DNA from: an uncultured Collinsella sp.
GTDB taxonomy: Bacteria; Actinomycetota; Coriobacteriia; Coriobacteriales; Coriobacteriaceae
Length of the DNA: 64,000 bases
NCBI GenBank assembly: GCA_900540835.1
Contig: UQHN01000004.1
Coordinates: forward strand, 165 to 64,164
Direction: 5' to 3'
Shown: positions 19,020 to 28,986 of the stretch, piece by piece
How positions within the stretch are numbered: the first letter of the stretch is position 1
How the letters are laid out: every line of letters begins with the position of its first letter
Position numbers and translations under genes: made by a program
The notes under the pieces: model-generated
Seen by the model: the letters and a program-made list of their open reading frames with translations, nothing else
The model's database searches: none
Told to the model about the DNA's origin: nothing

Positions 19020-20479
19020 CGATCATCGGGGCGGGGCCCGGAAACCCCGACTTGCTCTCGCGCGCGGCGCTCGACGCGATCGACATCGCCGACGTGGTCA
19101 TCGGCGCTCATCGCGCACTTGTCGGCATCGACGTGCCGCCCGACGTGGTGAGATGCGAGCTCGTTAAGACGGCGGACATCGTCGCCGCGCTCACCGATGC
19201 GGCGTCGTGGCAGCGCGCCGTGGTCGTGATGACGGGCGATGTGGGGCTGTTCAGCGGCGCGCGCCGCCTGGTGGAGGCGCTCTCCGGCGACGCGCAGGTG
19301 GACGTGCGCGTCATTCCCGGCATAAGCTCAGCGTCGTATCTCGCCGCGCGCCTCGCGCGTCCATGGCAGGATTGGCGCTTCGTGAGCGCTCACGGCGTGG
19401 CGTGCGACATCGTGGCCGAGGCCGAGCGCGCAGGTGAGCTCTTCCTCGCCACGTCGGGCGGGGAAGACCCCTCGCGGCTTTCGGGCGAGCTTGTGCAGGC
19501 GGGCTTCGAGGACGCGCGCGTGACGGTGGCCGAGCGCCTGTCGTACCCCGACGAGCGCATCACCTGCGCGACCGCAAGTGAAATCGCAGGTCAGACGTTC
19601 GACGACTTGAACGTGATGCTTATCGAGTTCGCAGGCTGCGCCGGGTCGCCTGCGAACTCTAGTGCAGCCTCCGAGGCGCCGGCTGGCGCATCTGCGCCCG
19701 CGGCGGCTTCTTTCGTGGCGGACTCTGCGGGCGCATTCCACGCCGCGAGCCCCCGCTGGCCGTACGCTTCCTCGGGCATTCCCGACGAGCTCTTCATCCG
19801 CGGCGACGTTCCCATGACCAAGCAGGAGGTGCGCGCCGTCGCGCTCGCGAAGCTGCGCCTTACCGCGACCGACACCGTGTGGGATGTCGGCGCCGGCACG
19901 GGGAGCGTGTCGATCGAGGCGGCGCTCGTCGCGCGAGCGGGGTCGGTATGGGCGGTCGAGCGCAACGCGGCCGGCGTGCGGCTCATCCGAGAGAACGCGG
20001 ATGCATTCGGGTGCGGCAACGTGCATGCGGTCCCCGGTGTCGCCCCCGAAGCGCTCGCGAAACTGCCCGACCCCGACGCCGTGTTCGTCGGCGGGAGCGC
20101 GGGCGAGCTTCCCTCCATCGTGGAGGCGGCGCTCGAGAAGAACTCGCAGGTTCGCCTGTGCGTGCCATGCGTCACCGTTGAGACGCTCACCGAGGCGTGC
20201 GCGCTCCTCTCGGGTTCGCGCTTTAAGGAGTTCGAGGCGTGCCAGGTGTCGGCCGCCCGTGCCGAGGCTGTAGGCTCGCACCATCTTATGAAGGCGCAAA
20301 ACCCCGTGTTCCTCGTCAGCGCGCGTGGTGCGGGCGCGGATGCCGAGGAGCTTGCCGAAGTCGGCGCGCTTGCTGAGTCGCCTGTCGGGGAGGACCTCTC
20401 TGTCGAGGGGAACCCATCCGTTGAGGTGGTCTCGCTTGCTAACTGCAGCGCCGCAGGTGGGGAAGGCGGCGCCCGGTGA
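19007..20479 (+). CDS. cbiET: Cobalt-precorrin-6B/7 methyltransferase fusion CbiE::CbiT (CobL-like)
   Basis: N-terminal VTIIGAGPGNPDLL (CbiE) is joined by an Ala/Ser-rich linker to CbiT (VWDVGAGTGSVSIEAAL), with a low-complexity C-tail. ATG 19007 overlaps the cbiH stop. Confidence 0.85.
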   Translation: MRKVTIIGAGPGNPDLLSRAALDAIDIADVVIGAHRALVGIDVPPDVVRCELVKTADIVAALTDAASWQRAVVVMTGDVGLFSGARRLVEALSGDAQVDVRVIPGISSASYLAARLARPWQDWRFVSAHGVACDIVAEAERAGELFLATSGGEDPSRLSGELVQAGFEDARVTVAERLSYPDERITCATASEIAGQTFDDLNVMLIEFAGCAGSPANSSAASEAPAGASAPAAASFVADSAGAFHAASPRWPYASSGIPDELFIRGDVPMTKQEVRAVALAKLRLTATDTVWDVGAGTGSVSIEAALVARAGSVWAVERNAAGVRLIRENADAFGCGNVHAVPGVAPEALAKLPDPDAVFVGGSAGELPSIVEAALEKNSQVRLCVPCVTVETLTEACALLSGSRFKEFEACQVSAARAEAVGSHHLMKAQNPVFLVSARGAGADAEELAEVGALAESPVGEDLSVEGNPSVEVVSLANCSAAGGEGGAR

Positions 20480-21858
20480 GCACGTCCATCCCGCGCTTCA
20501 TGGTCGCTGCGCCCTCGAGCGGGAGCGGCAAGACGGTCGTAACGTGCGCGCTCCTGCGCGCGCTCGCGCACCGCGGCATTGCATGTGCGGCCTTCAAATG
20601 CGGCCCCGACTACATTGACCCGCTCTTTCATCGCCGCGTCGTGGGTGCGCGCTCGGGCAATTTAGACGGCTTCTTCACCGACGCCCCGACGCTGCGCGCC
20701 CTGCTCGCACGCGGCGCCGCGGGCGCGGATGTCGCGGTGCTCGAGGGGGTTATGGGCTTCTACGACGGCATGGCGCCCGGCGTGGCCGACGCGAGCAGCT
20801 ACCAGGTTGCGCGCGACACGGAAACGCCGGTCGTTTTAGTGGTGAACGGGCGCGGGGCGTCTTTATCGCTCGCCGCTGTAATCCACGGCATCGCCGAGTT
20901 CCTGCCTTGTGCGAACGTGCGCGGCGTCGTGCTGAACAAGACGAGCGCCGCTGCCTGCGCCTACGCGGCGCCTGCGATCGAGAAGCACACGGGCGTCGCG
21001 GTTTTGGGGAATATCCCCGCCGACGAGGCGTTCTCGCTCGAAAGCCGGCATCTGGGGCTTGTGACCGCCGACGAGGTCGAGCAGCTCTCCGCGCGCATCG
21101 ACAAGATGGCCGAGCTGGTGGAAAAGAGCATCGACGTCGACCGCTTGCTCGAAATAGCGGCGACGGCACCCGATATCCGCGAGGAACCTTACCGGTTGGA
21201 GCCGATCGCGGGAGCGCGGCCCATCGTCGCCGTCGCGCGTGACGAGGCGTTCTCGTTCTACTACGAGGAGAATCTGCGCGCGCTCGAGGACCTGGGTTGC
21301 GAGCTGGCCTTTTTCAGCCCCCTGTGTGATGGCGAGTTGCCCCGGGGGACAAGCGCCCTCTATCTGGGGGGCGGCTACCCGGAGCTCCATGCGCGGCAGC
21401 TCTCCGAGAACGTGTCGATGCGCGGGGCGGTGCGGCGCGCTGTGGAATCCGGCATGCCGACGGTCGCCGAATGCGGTGGGTTTCTGTACCTGCAGCGCGA
21501 AATCGCCGATAGCGAGGGGTGGCGCTGGCCTGTTGCGGGCGCCCTTGAGGGCGCAAGCGAGAACGGGGGAAGGCTGTCCCATTTCGGGTACGTGGAGCTC
21601 ACTTCCCAACGCGACGGGCTCTACGGGCCGCGCGGCACACGCATCCGCGCGCACGAGTTCCACTACTGGCAGTCCACCTGCCCGGGCGGCGACTTTTGGG
21701 CGCAGAAGCCCCGGCGCGACAAGGGCTGGCCGTGCATGACGACCACCCCGTCCCTGGTGGCGGGCTTCCCGCATGTGTACTATCCTGCGAACCCCGACGT
21801 TGCGCGCGCGTTCGCGTCTGCCGCAGCGTCGTTCACAGAGAGGAGGCGGCATGGCTGA
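20476..21858 (+). CDS. cbiA: Cobyrinate a,c-diamide synthase
   Basis: P-loop VAAPSSGSGKTVVTCALLRAL, a DPLFH motif and a C-terminal glutamine amidotransferase region. GTG 20476 overlaps the upstream stop. Confidence 0.9.
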   Translation: MSTSIPRFMVAAPSSGSGKTVVTCALLRALAHRGIACAAFKCGPDYIDPLFHRRVVGARSGNLDGFFTDAPTLRALLARGAAGADVAVLEGVMGFYDGMAPGVADASSYQVARDTETPVVLVVNGRGASLSLAAVIHGIAEFLPCANVRGVVLNKTSAAACAYAAPAIEKHTGVAVLGNIPADEAFSLESRHLGLVTADEVEQLSARIDKMAELVEKSIDVDRLLEIAATAPDIREEPYRLEPIAGARPIVAVARDEAFSFYYEENLRALEDLGCELAFFSPLCDGELPRGTSALYLGGGYPELHARQLSENVSMRGAVRRAVESGMPTVAECGGFLYLQREIADSEGWRWPVAGALEGASENGGRLSHFGYVELTSQRDGLYGPRGTRIRAHEFHYWQSTCPGGDFWAQKPRRDKGWPCMTTTPSLVAGFPHVYYPANPDVARAFASAAASFTERRRHG

Positions 21859-22993
21859 AGCAACCGAAACCGCGCTTGCCTGCATCCGCGAGGAAGTCGA
21901 GCGCGCGTTCTCGTCGGCGCCGGGCGCCGTGCTCGAAGCCGCGCTTTCCCGGATCGCGCCCGCAGACGAATGCGCCCGTACCGCCGCGTACGCCGCGTGG
22001 GACTCCATCGCGCACCCCTTGGGGGGATTGGGCGACTTTGAAGACGCCGTCGCGTGTATCGCCGCAGCTCAGGGGAGCGCCGAGGTGGCCGAGTTTCCCC
22101 GTGCGCTCGCGGTATTCTTCTCCGACAACGGGGTCGTTGCCGAAGGCGTGTCGCAAAGCGGGCAAGATGTGACGCGAGCCGTCGCGCGCAACATGTGCGA
22201 GGGGGCCGCGAGCGCCTGCCGCATGGCGGCGTTCGCGAGTGCCGAGGTCGTGCCCGTCGACGTGGGTATGGCCCGGGGCATAGAAGACGCGCGCATGGTG
22301 CGCGCGAACGTGCGGCGGGGGAGCGGCAACATCGCTCTCGGCTCCGCTATGTCTCGCGATGGGGCCGTGCGCGCGATCGAGGTCGGAATCGCCGTCGCGT
22401 GCGGGCTTGCCCGCGCCGGCGTGCGCCTTCTCGCCGCGGGCGAGATGGGCATCGGCAACACGACCACCTCGGCGGCGGTGGCCGCAGTGCTCATCCGGGC
22501 GGACGCGCGGAGCCTTGTCGGGCGCGGCGCGGGGCTCTCGGACGCCTCGCTCGCGCGCAAGCGCGACGTGGTCGAGCGCGCTATCGACGCGAACTCGCCC
22601 GATCCCGCCGACCCGATCGACGTGCTCTCGAAGGTGGGCGGCTTCGACATCGCTGCGATGTGCGGCTTCTACCTGGGGGCCGCGGTCTCGAAGGCGCCGG
22701 CGCTCCTCGACGGGGTCATATCCTGCACGGCGGCCCTGTGCGCGGCGCGCCTGTGCCCCAACGCCTTGGGCTACCTCGTGGGCACCCACGCATCAAGCGA
22801 ACCCGCAAGCCGGGAGCTCCTTCGTGAGCTCGGCATAAAGGCGCCCCTCGACGCAGGCATGCACTTGGGCGAGGGCGCGGGCGCCATGGCGTATCTCCCC
22901 CTTCTGGATTCGGCGCTGCGCGTGTACCGGGATGGGAAGACGTTCACGGCGACTGGCATGGCTGCTTACGAGCATTTCGAGGCCGGGAAATGA
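21851..22993 (+). CDS. cobT: Nicotinate-nucleotide--dimethylbenzimidazole phosphoribosyltransferase
   Basis: CobT signature GEMGIGNTTTSAAV; RBS aggagg before ATG 21851. Confidence 0.9.
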   Translation: MAEATETALACIREEVERAFSSAPGAVLEAALSRIAPADECARTAAYAAWDSIAHPLGGLGDFEDAVACIAAAQGSAEVAEFPRALAVFFSDNGVVAEGVSQSGQDVTRAVARNMCEGAASACRMAAFASAEVVPVDVGMARGIEDARMVRANVRRGSGNIALGSAMSRDGAVRAIEVGIAVACGLARAGVRLLAAGEMGIGNTTTSAAVAAVLIRADARSLVGRGAGLSDASLARKRDVVERAIDANSPDPADPIDVLSKVGGFDIAAMCGFYLGAAVSKAPALLDGVISCTAALCAARLCPNALGYLVGTHASSEPASRELLRELGIKAPLDAGMHLGEGAGAMAYLPLLDSALRVYRDGKTFTATGMAAYEHFEAGK

Positions 22994-23538
22994 CGGTGAC
23001 GCTCGTCATCGGCGCCGCCGCGAGCGGCAAGAGCGCCTACGCCGAGTCCCTGTGCCTCGGGCACGACGGCCCTCGCGTGTACCTGGCAACGATGGAGCCC
23101 TTCGGGGAAGAGGGCGCCCGCCGCATCGCGCGCCATCGGGCGCTGCGCGAGGGCAAGGGGTTTTCCACCCTCGAGCGAACGCGTGACGTGGGCGCCGCAG
23201 TGCCCGGGCTTCCGCGCGGCTGCACGCTTCTTTTGGAGGACGTGGGCAACCTGGTTGCGAACGAGCTTTTCGCGGAAGGCGGCTTGTCCCCACGTGACCC
23301 CGACGCTGCGGCGCGCGAGGTGCTCGGAGGCATTGAACGGCTCGCTCAGGCCGCTGCGTATACGGTGGTGGTCACCGTCGACGTGTTCGCCGATGAGATG
23401 CGCTACGATGAGGGGACCGAGGCATGGAGGCGCGCGCTCGCGCGCGTGAACGCGGGCGTGGCGGCGCTGGCCGACCGCGCAGTCGAAGTGGTATGCGGGA
23501 TTCCCGTGTGGATGAAAGGTGAAGGACCTACAAGGTGA
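22990..23538 (+). CDS. cobU: Adenosylcobinamide kinase / adenosylcobinamide-phosphate guanylyltransferase
   Basis: P-loop VIGAAASGKSAYAE; 182 aa, the typical CobU size. Confidence 0.85.
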   Translation: MTVTLVIGAAASGKSAYAESLCLGHDGPRVYLATMEPFGEEGARRIARHRALREGKGFSTLERTRDVGAAVPGLPRGCTLLLEDVGNLVANELFAEGGLSPRDPDAAAREVLGGIERLAQAAAYTVVVTVDVFADEMRYDEGTEAWRRALARVNAGVAALADRAVEVVCGIPVWMKGEGPTR

Positions 23539-24302
23539 AGATAGCAGAGGCAATCGGCGCGGCGTTCGGAACGTTCTCGCGCATCCCCGTCCCGAAATCG
23601 GCCTGGACCGATTTCGGGTCAACCCATGCGCTTGCCGCGTTTCCCCTGGTGGGCCTTGCGGAAGGGTTCCTCATGACGGCGTGGGGACACGTTGCGAACC
23701 TGCTCGGCGTGCCCGCGACCATCGTCGCGGCCGTGCTCGTGGCGCTGCCTGTAGCGGTGACGGGAGGCATCCACCTAGACGGGCTCTGCGACACCTCCGA
23801 TGCGCTTGCAAGTTGGGCCCCGCGCGAGCGAAAGCTCGAGATCATGCACGACCCGCGGGCGGGCGCCTTCGGGGTCATCGGTGTTGTTGTGTACCTTATT
23901 CTGCAGTTTTCCCTGTTCACCGCGCTGCCGCTTACGGCGGGGGCGTTCCTCGCGCTTCTGTGCTCGCTCGTGTTCTCCCGCGCGCTTTCGGGACTCGCCG
24001 TTGAATGCTGGCCTGCCGCGCGGGCGGACGGCATGGCCGCGGGGCTCTCGCCTGCGAAGAAGCGCGCGGCGATCGTCGTGCCGCTTTGCGCTTTCGCTGC
24101 GGCTTCGGCTGCAGGGATGGTCGCGTGCGCTCAGGCTGTCGGCGCCCTTATGGCGGTGGCGGGGCTTTTGGCGCTCGCGTGGTACCGCCATGTTGCCCTG
24201 TCCCGCTTCGGCGGGGTGACGGGGGATTTGGCCGGATGGTTTCTGCAATGGGCCGAGCTCGCGATGCTTGCCATGCTGGTGGCGGGGGGCATGCTCCTAT
24301 GA
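23535..24302 (+). CDS. cobS: Adenosylcobinamide-GDP ribazoletransferase (cobalamin synthase)
   Basis: Polytopic membrane protein; the N-terminus FGTFSRIPVP and DGLCDTSDAL motif are typical of CobS. Confidence 0.85.
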   Translation: MKIAEAIGAAFGTFSRIPVPKSAWTDFGSTHALAAFPLVGLAEGFLMTAWGHVANLLGVPATIVAAVLVALPVAVTGGIHLDGLCDTSDALASWAPRERKLEIMHDPRAGAFGVIGVVVYLILQFSLFTALPLTAGAFLALLCSLVFSRALSGLAVECWPAARADGMAAGLSPAKKRAAIVVPLCAFAAASAAGMVACAQAVGALMAVAGLLALAWYRHVALSRFGGVTGDLAGWFLQWAELAMLAMLVAGGMLL

Positions 24303-25300
24303 TGCTCGTGGTAGGTGGCGCGCATTCGGGGAAGAGGACCTTCGTGCGTGAAAAGCTCGGGTTCGCGGCGGACGATTTCGTCGACGCGGCGCAGCTTGCG
24401 GAGGGCGGCGTGCCCGCGGCTTTTGCCGGCCGCGTCGCATACCGTGCTGAGGAACTCGTACGCGCGCTCGACGCTGACCGGGCGCTCGAGCGGCTGATCG
24501 GCTTCGACGCAGTGATTCTGCCCTTGGTCGGCTCGGGGGTCGTCCCCATGCGTGCGGAAGACGCCCAATGGCGCGAGCGCGCGGGGCGCCTGGGATGCGC
24601 GCTCGCTGCGCGCGCCGACGTCGTCGTGCGCATGACGTGCGGGATTCCCCAGGTCATCAAAGGAAACCTTGCCGATGCGCCTCGAGGGACGCAGGGCGCG
24701 GGTGCGCCTTTGGAAGTCGTCTTCGTGCGCCATGGTGCCACGGCGGGCACGGAAGACCATCGCTACAGCGGGGCGGGCACCGACGAGCCCCTGTCGATTG
24801 CGGGCGAGCGCGCTTTGCGCGACCTCGCGTGCGATCGTGACGTGTTCCGTGTTATCACGAGCGGCATGGTCCGCACCGACCAGACGGCGCGCATCCTCTT
24901 CCCGAATGCGGAGCTTATGGCGTGCCCCGGTCTGCGCGAGATGGATTTCGGCGACTTCGAGGGGCGAAGCGCCGCCGAGCTTAAAGAGGATGCGCGCTAT
25001 CGCGCCTGGGTAGACTCCTGGTGCGAGACGCGCTGCCCGCATGGCGAGGACAAGAGCGATTTCACCCGCCGCGTCGTCGCGGCGTTTCGGGAGGCGTGCA
25101 AATCGGAGCGCGCCCAGGGGAGCGGGCGCGCCGTCTTCGTCGTTCACGCGGGTACCGTGAAAGCGCTGCTCTCCGAGCTAGCTGTCCCGAAAATGGGATA
25201 CTTCGACGTGCATACCGAGCCGGGCGGCGCATGGGCCGCCACTTGGGATGGGCGCTGCCTTCGCGACGTTCGCCCCGCTTCGGGGGGCGATGCCCGGTGA
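24299..25300 (+). CDS. cobC: Fusion of a truncated CobU-like P-loop domain with alpha-ribazole-5'-phosphate phosphatase (CobC, histidine phosphatase family)
   Basis: The N-terminal ~130 aa (VVGGAHSGKRTFV ... RMTCGIPQVIKGN) align to the full CobU encoded upstream. The C-terminal half has the RHG motif (VVFVRHGATAGT) of the phosphoglycerate-mutase-like family. Confidence 0.75.
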   Translation: MMLVVGGAHSGKRTFVREKLGFAADDFVDAAQLAEGGVPAAFAGRVAYRAEELVRALDADRALERLIGFDAVILPLVGSGVVPMRAEDAQWRERAGRLGCALAARADVVVRMTCGIPQVIKGNLADAPRGTQGAGAPLEVVFVRHGATAGTEDHRYSGAGTDEPLSIAGERALRDLACDRDVFRVITSGMVRTDQTARILFPNAELMACPGLREMDFGDFEGRSAAELKEDARYRAWVDSWCETRCPHGEDKSDFTRRVVAAFREACKSERAQGSGRAVFVVHAGTVKALLSELAVPKMGYFDVHTEPGGAWAATWDGRCLRDVRPASGGDAR

Positions 25301-26274
25301 TGACGATTCTTGCCATCGCCGCCGGGTTCGCGGCCGACCTTGCCTTCGGCGACCCGCGCTGGCTTCCCCATCCCGTCGTCGCCATGGGGCGCGCGATCAC
25401 GTGGGCCGAAGGCCGCCTGCGGGGCGCATTCCCGCAAACGTCCGCGGGTACGCGCGCCGCAGGGCTTGTGCTCGCCGTGGCGCTTCCGCTTGCGTGTGGG
25501 CTTTTGACCTGGGGAATCCTGCATCTTTGCGGCATGGTTCACTCCGGCTTGCGCTTCGTGGCCGAGGCATGGGCGAGCTATCAGATTCTCGCGGCATGCG
25601 AGCTGCGCCGCCAGAGCCTGGCCGTTGCCCGCGCGTTCTCGAAGGGCGGACTTGTCGCGGCGCGCGAAGCCGTCGGGCTCATCGTGGGACGTGACACGTC
25701 TGTTCTCGACGAGCAGGGTGTCGCGCGCGCCGCCGTGGAAACGGTGGCGGAGAACGCGAGCGACGGTGTCATCGCGCCGCTTTTCTACCTTATGATTGGG
25801 GGTGCGCCCTTGGGCATGGCGTACAAGGCGGTGAACACGCTCGACAGCATGGTGGGCTACAAAAACGAGCGCTACATCGACTTCGGCTGCGCCTCGGCGC
25901 GCCTCGACGATGCGGTGAACTGGATTCCCTCGCGGTTATCGGCCCTGTTCATGATCGCCGTGTGCCCGATCGTCGGGCTCGACGCGCGCGGGGCGGCGCG
26001 CATCTGGCGCCGCGACAGGCGTCGCCATGCGAGCCCGAACGCGGCGCAGACCGAGTCGGCGTGCGCGGGTGCGCTCGGACTGCGCCTGGCAGGACCCGCG
26101 GTGTATTTCGGTAAGCTCGTTGAGAAACCGACGATAGGCGACGCGTCCCGCGAAATCGAGTGGGGCGACATCGCCCGGGCGACAAGGCTCATGCTCGCCG
26201 CGTCCGTATGCGCGCTCGTCGTCTTCGGCGCCGCGCGTGCGGCGGTCGTACTCGCCGTGGGGGCGATGGCATGA
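25300..26274 (+). CDS. cbiB: Adenosylcobinamide-phosphate synthase
   Basis: Membrane protein beginning MTILAIAAGFAADLAFGDPRWLPHPV, the canonical CbiB/CobD N-terminus. Confidence 0.85.
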   Translation: MTILAIAAGFAADLAFGDPRWLPHPVVAMGRAITWAEGRLRGAFPQTSAGTRAAGLVLAVALPLACGLLTWGILHLCGMVHSGLRFVAEAWASYQILAACELRRQSLAVARAFSKGGLVAAREAVGLIVGRDTSVLDEQGVARAAVETVAENASDGVIAPLFYLMIGGAPLGMAYKAVNTLDSMVGYKNERYIDFGCASARLDDAVNWIPSRLSALFMIAVCPIVGLDARGAARIWRRDRRRHASPNAAQTESACAGALGLRLAGPAVYFGKLVEKPTIGDASREIEWGDIARATRLMLAASVCALVVFGAARAAVVLAVGAMA

Positions 26275-27494
26275 GGAAAGACCACGCCGCGCCCCGGGCT
26301 GCCGGGGGAATCCTGCGCGCCCGCACGCATGGGGGCAGCGCGCAATCGCTCGGCATCGCTTGCGAAGGGGGTGCCTCCGACCTCATTGACTTCTCGGTGA
26401 ACGTGAATCCGGCAGGCCCCTCGCCGCGCGCCGTCGCCGCAGCTTGCAAGGCGCTTTCTCGAATCGACGCCTACCCCGATAGGGAAAGCCTCGCCCTCGT
26501 TCGCGCGCTAGCGCGCGACCAGGGCATTCCCGAAGATACTATCGTCTGCGGCGCGGGCGCGTCCGACATCATCTGGCGGCTCGCAGCGGCGGTGCGCCCG
26601 AAACGCATCGTCGTGTGCGCGCCGACGTTCTCTGAATATGCTGAGGCGGCATCGTACTACGGCGCATGCGTGCAGGAGTTCCCGCTCTCTGAAGCGGACG
26701 ACTTCGACGTGCCCGCCTCCTTCGCCCGCGCGATCGAGGGGCCGGGAGACGTGGCGTACCTCTGCAATCCGAACAACCCGACGGGGCGCCTCGTCGACCC
26801 CAGCGTGATCGAGGCCGCGGCTTGCCGCTGCGAGCAGGTGGGCGCGCTGCTTGTCGTGGACGAGTGCTTCCTCGGATTTGCGCCCGACGCCCGCGAAAGG
26901 AGCGTGGCCGCACGCGCCGCGTGTTCGCGCCATGTGGCCGTGCTCTCCGCGTTCACCAAGCTCTACGGAATGGCGGGGTTGCGGTTGGGATATCTGATCA
27001 GCGGAAACGCCCAACTCATCGAGGGGATTCGCCGGGCGGGGCAGGCGTGGCCCGTCTCCTCGGTCGCCGAGGCCGCGGGCATCGCCGCCCTGGAAGACGT
27101 TGAATACGTCTCGCGCACGCGCGACGTATTGGCGGGCGAGCGAGCGTGGCTTTCCCACGAGCTCTCCTCGCTCGGGCTTTCCGTCGTGCCGTCGGATACG
27201 AACTTCCTTTTAGTCCGCACGCCGGCGAAAGACATCCCCGAGCGCCTGTATAATCAGGGTGTTTTGGTCCGCACGTGCGACTCGTTTTCGGTACTGTCCC
27301 GTTTCTGGTGCCGCGTCGCGGTGCGCACGCACAGGGAGAACGCCCGGCTTGCGATGGCGTTCAGCCGCGCGCTTCGGGCGGAAGGTGCATCGGGCGAAGG
27401 CGAACCCGACGAACGGGGCGGCGCTTCTTGCGGCGGCGCTATGGCGGGCGCGGATGGCCGAGGCTCGGCGAAGGAGGTCGATACCCGTGGGTAG
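26271..27494 (+). CDS. cobD: L-threonine-O-3-phosphate decarboxylase (class I/II aminotransferase fold)
   Basis: PLP aminotransferase-like, with IDFSVNVNPAGPSP and SAFTKLYGMAGLRLGY (lysine-PLP region); carries an acidic low-complexity C-tail. Confidence 0.8.
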   Translation: MRKDHAAPRAAGGILRARTHGGSAQSLGIACEGGASDLIDFSVNVNPAGPSPRAVAAACKALSRIDAYPDRESLALVRALARDQGIPEDTIVCGAGASDIIWRLAAAVRPKRIVVCAPTFSEYAEAASYYGACVQEFPLSEADDFDVPASFARAIEGPGDVAYLCNPNNPTGRLVDPSVIEAAACRCEQVGALLVVDECFLGFAPDARERSVAARAACSRHVAVLSAFTKLYGMAGLRLGYLISGNAQLIEGIRRAGQAWPVSSVAEAAGIAALEDVEYVSRTRDVLAGERAWLSHELSSLGLSVVPSDTNFLLVRTPAKDIPERLYNQGVLVRTCDSFSVLSRFWCRVAVRTHRENARLAMAFSRALRAEGASGEGEPDERGGASCGGAMAGADGRGSAKEVDTRG

Positions 27495-28986
27495 GGCCAA
27501 GCCCATCATGATCCAGGGCACCATGTCGAACGCGGGGAAGAGCCTGCTTGCGGCTGGGCTGTGCCGCGTACTTTCGCAGGACGGCTTGCGCGTGACTCCC
27601 TTCAAGAGCCAGAACATGGCACTCAACAGTGGTGTCACGGCCGACGGGCTCGAGATGGGGCGCGCCCAGATCATGCAGGCCGAGGCGTGCGGCATCGCGC
27701 CCGACGTGCGCATGAACCCCATCCTGCTCAAGCCCGAAAGCGGCCACCGAAGCCAGCTCATCGTGGCCGGCAAGGCGCAGGGAGCCTTCGCTGCGAGGGA
27801 CTACTTCGCGCGAAAGAAGGCGCTCATGCCGCAGATTCTGGAGGCGTTCGATTCGCTCGCGGAGGAAAACGACGTCATCGTCATCGAGGGCGCCGGCAGC
27901 CCCGCCGAAATCAACCTTGCCGAAAACGACATCGTCAACATGGGGCTCGCGCGCGCCGTGTCCTCCCCCGTGCTGCTTGCGGGCGACATCGACCCGGGCG
28001 GGGTATTTGCCCAGCTCTACGGCACGGTCGCGCTCCTTGCGCCCGAGGACCGCGCGCTTTTGCGGGGGCTTATGGTGAACAAGTTCCGCGGCGATGTGGA
28101 AATCCTGCGCCCGGGTTTGGCCCCGCTCGAGAAGATGTGCGGGGTTCCCGTCGTGGGGGTCGTGCCGTATCTTACGCTCGACCTGGACGACGAGGACTCG
28201 CTCGCGCCGCGCCTATCTGCCCGCGAGGCGCGCGGCGTCATCGACGTCGCCGTCGTGCGTCTTCCGCATCTGTCGAACTTCACCGACTTCGACCCGCTTT
28301 CGCGCGTGCCCGGCGTGGGCGTGCGCTACGTTTCCTCGACGACCGATCTGGGCCGACCCGACCTGGTGGTGCTTCCCGGCTCGAAGACCACGCTCGACGA
28401 CGCGCGCTGGCTTGCGGCTAGCGGCATCGGGGCCTGTGTACGCGCGCTTTCGGGCGCGGGCACGCCGGTGCTCGGCATATGCGGTGGCTACCAGCTTTTG
28501 GGAGACGAGCTTTCCGACCCGCACGGCAGGGAAGGCGCTGGCACCGCGCGCGGGCTCGGGCTCATCCCTGCAAGTACGGTGTTCAAGGAGGAAAAGCGCC
28601 TCGCCCAGTCGGCACTGCGCATCACGGGCGCCCAAGGCGCGTTCTCGGTGTGGAACGGCATGACGGCGCGCGGGTACGAGATTCACGACGGCGAAACGAC
28701 CGTCTCCTGCGCCCCTGTGGGCACGATTGGCGGCAAACCAGAAGGCGCGGCCTGCGGAAACGTGTTCGGAACCTATCTCCACGGCCTGTTCGACGAACCG
28801 GGGGTTGCGCTCGCCCTCGCGCGCTCGCTCGCGCGCATGCGCGGCCTGCCCGAGAGCGTCGTGGGTGCTGCGGGCGCGGCGTCCGCGGCCGATCACCGTG
28901 CGCGCGAGTTTGACCGCCTGGCCGACGTCGTGCGCGGGGCGCTCGACATGGAGTATGTCTACCGCATTATCGAGGAGGGCGTATGA
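27487..28986 (+). CDS. cobQ: Cobyric acid synthase
   Basis: IMIQGTMSNAGKSLLAAGLCRVL P-loop plus a C-terminal GATase domain. The start is GTG 27487 or ATG 27508. Confidence 0.85.
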   Translation: MGRAKPIMIQGTMSNAGKSLLAAGLCRVLSQDGLRVTPFKSQNMALNSGVTADGLEMGRAQIMQAEACGIAPDVRMNPILLKPESGHRSQLIVAGKAQGAFAARDYFARKKALMPQILEAFDSLAEENDVIVIEGAGSPAEINLAENDIVNMGLARAVSSPVLLAGDIDPGGVFAQLYGTVALLAPEDRALLRGLMVNKFRGDVEILRPGLAPLEKMCGVPVVGVVPYLTLDLDDEDSLAPRLSAREARGVIDVAVVRLPHLSNFTDFDPLSRVPGVGVRYVSSTTDLGRPDLVVLPGSKTTLDDARWLAASGIGACVRALSGAGTPVLGICGGYQLLGDELSDPHGREGAGTARGLGLIPASTVFKEEKRLAQSALRITGAQGAFSVWNGMTARGYEIHDGETTVSCAPVGTIGGKPEGAACGNVFGTYLHGLFDEPGVALALARSLARMRGLPESVVGAAGAASAADHRAREFDRLADVVRGALDMEYVYRIIEEGV

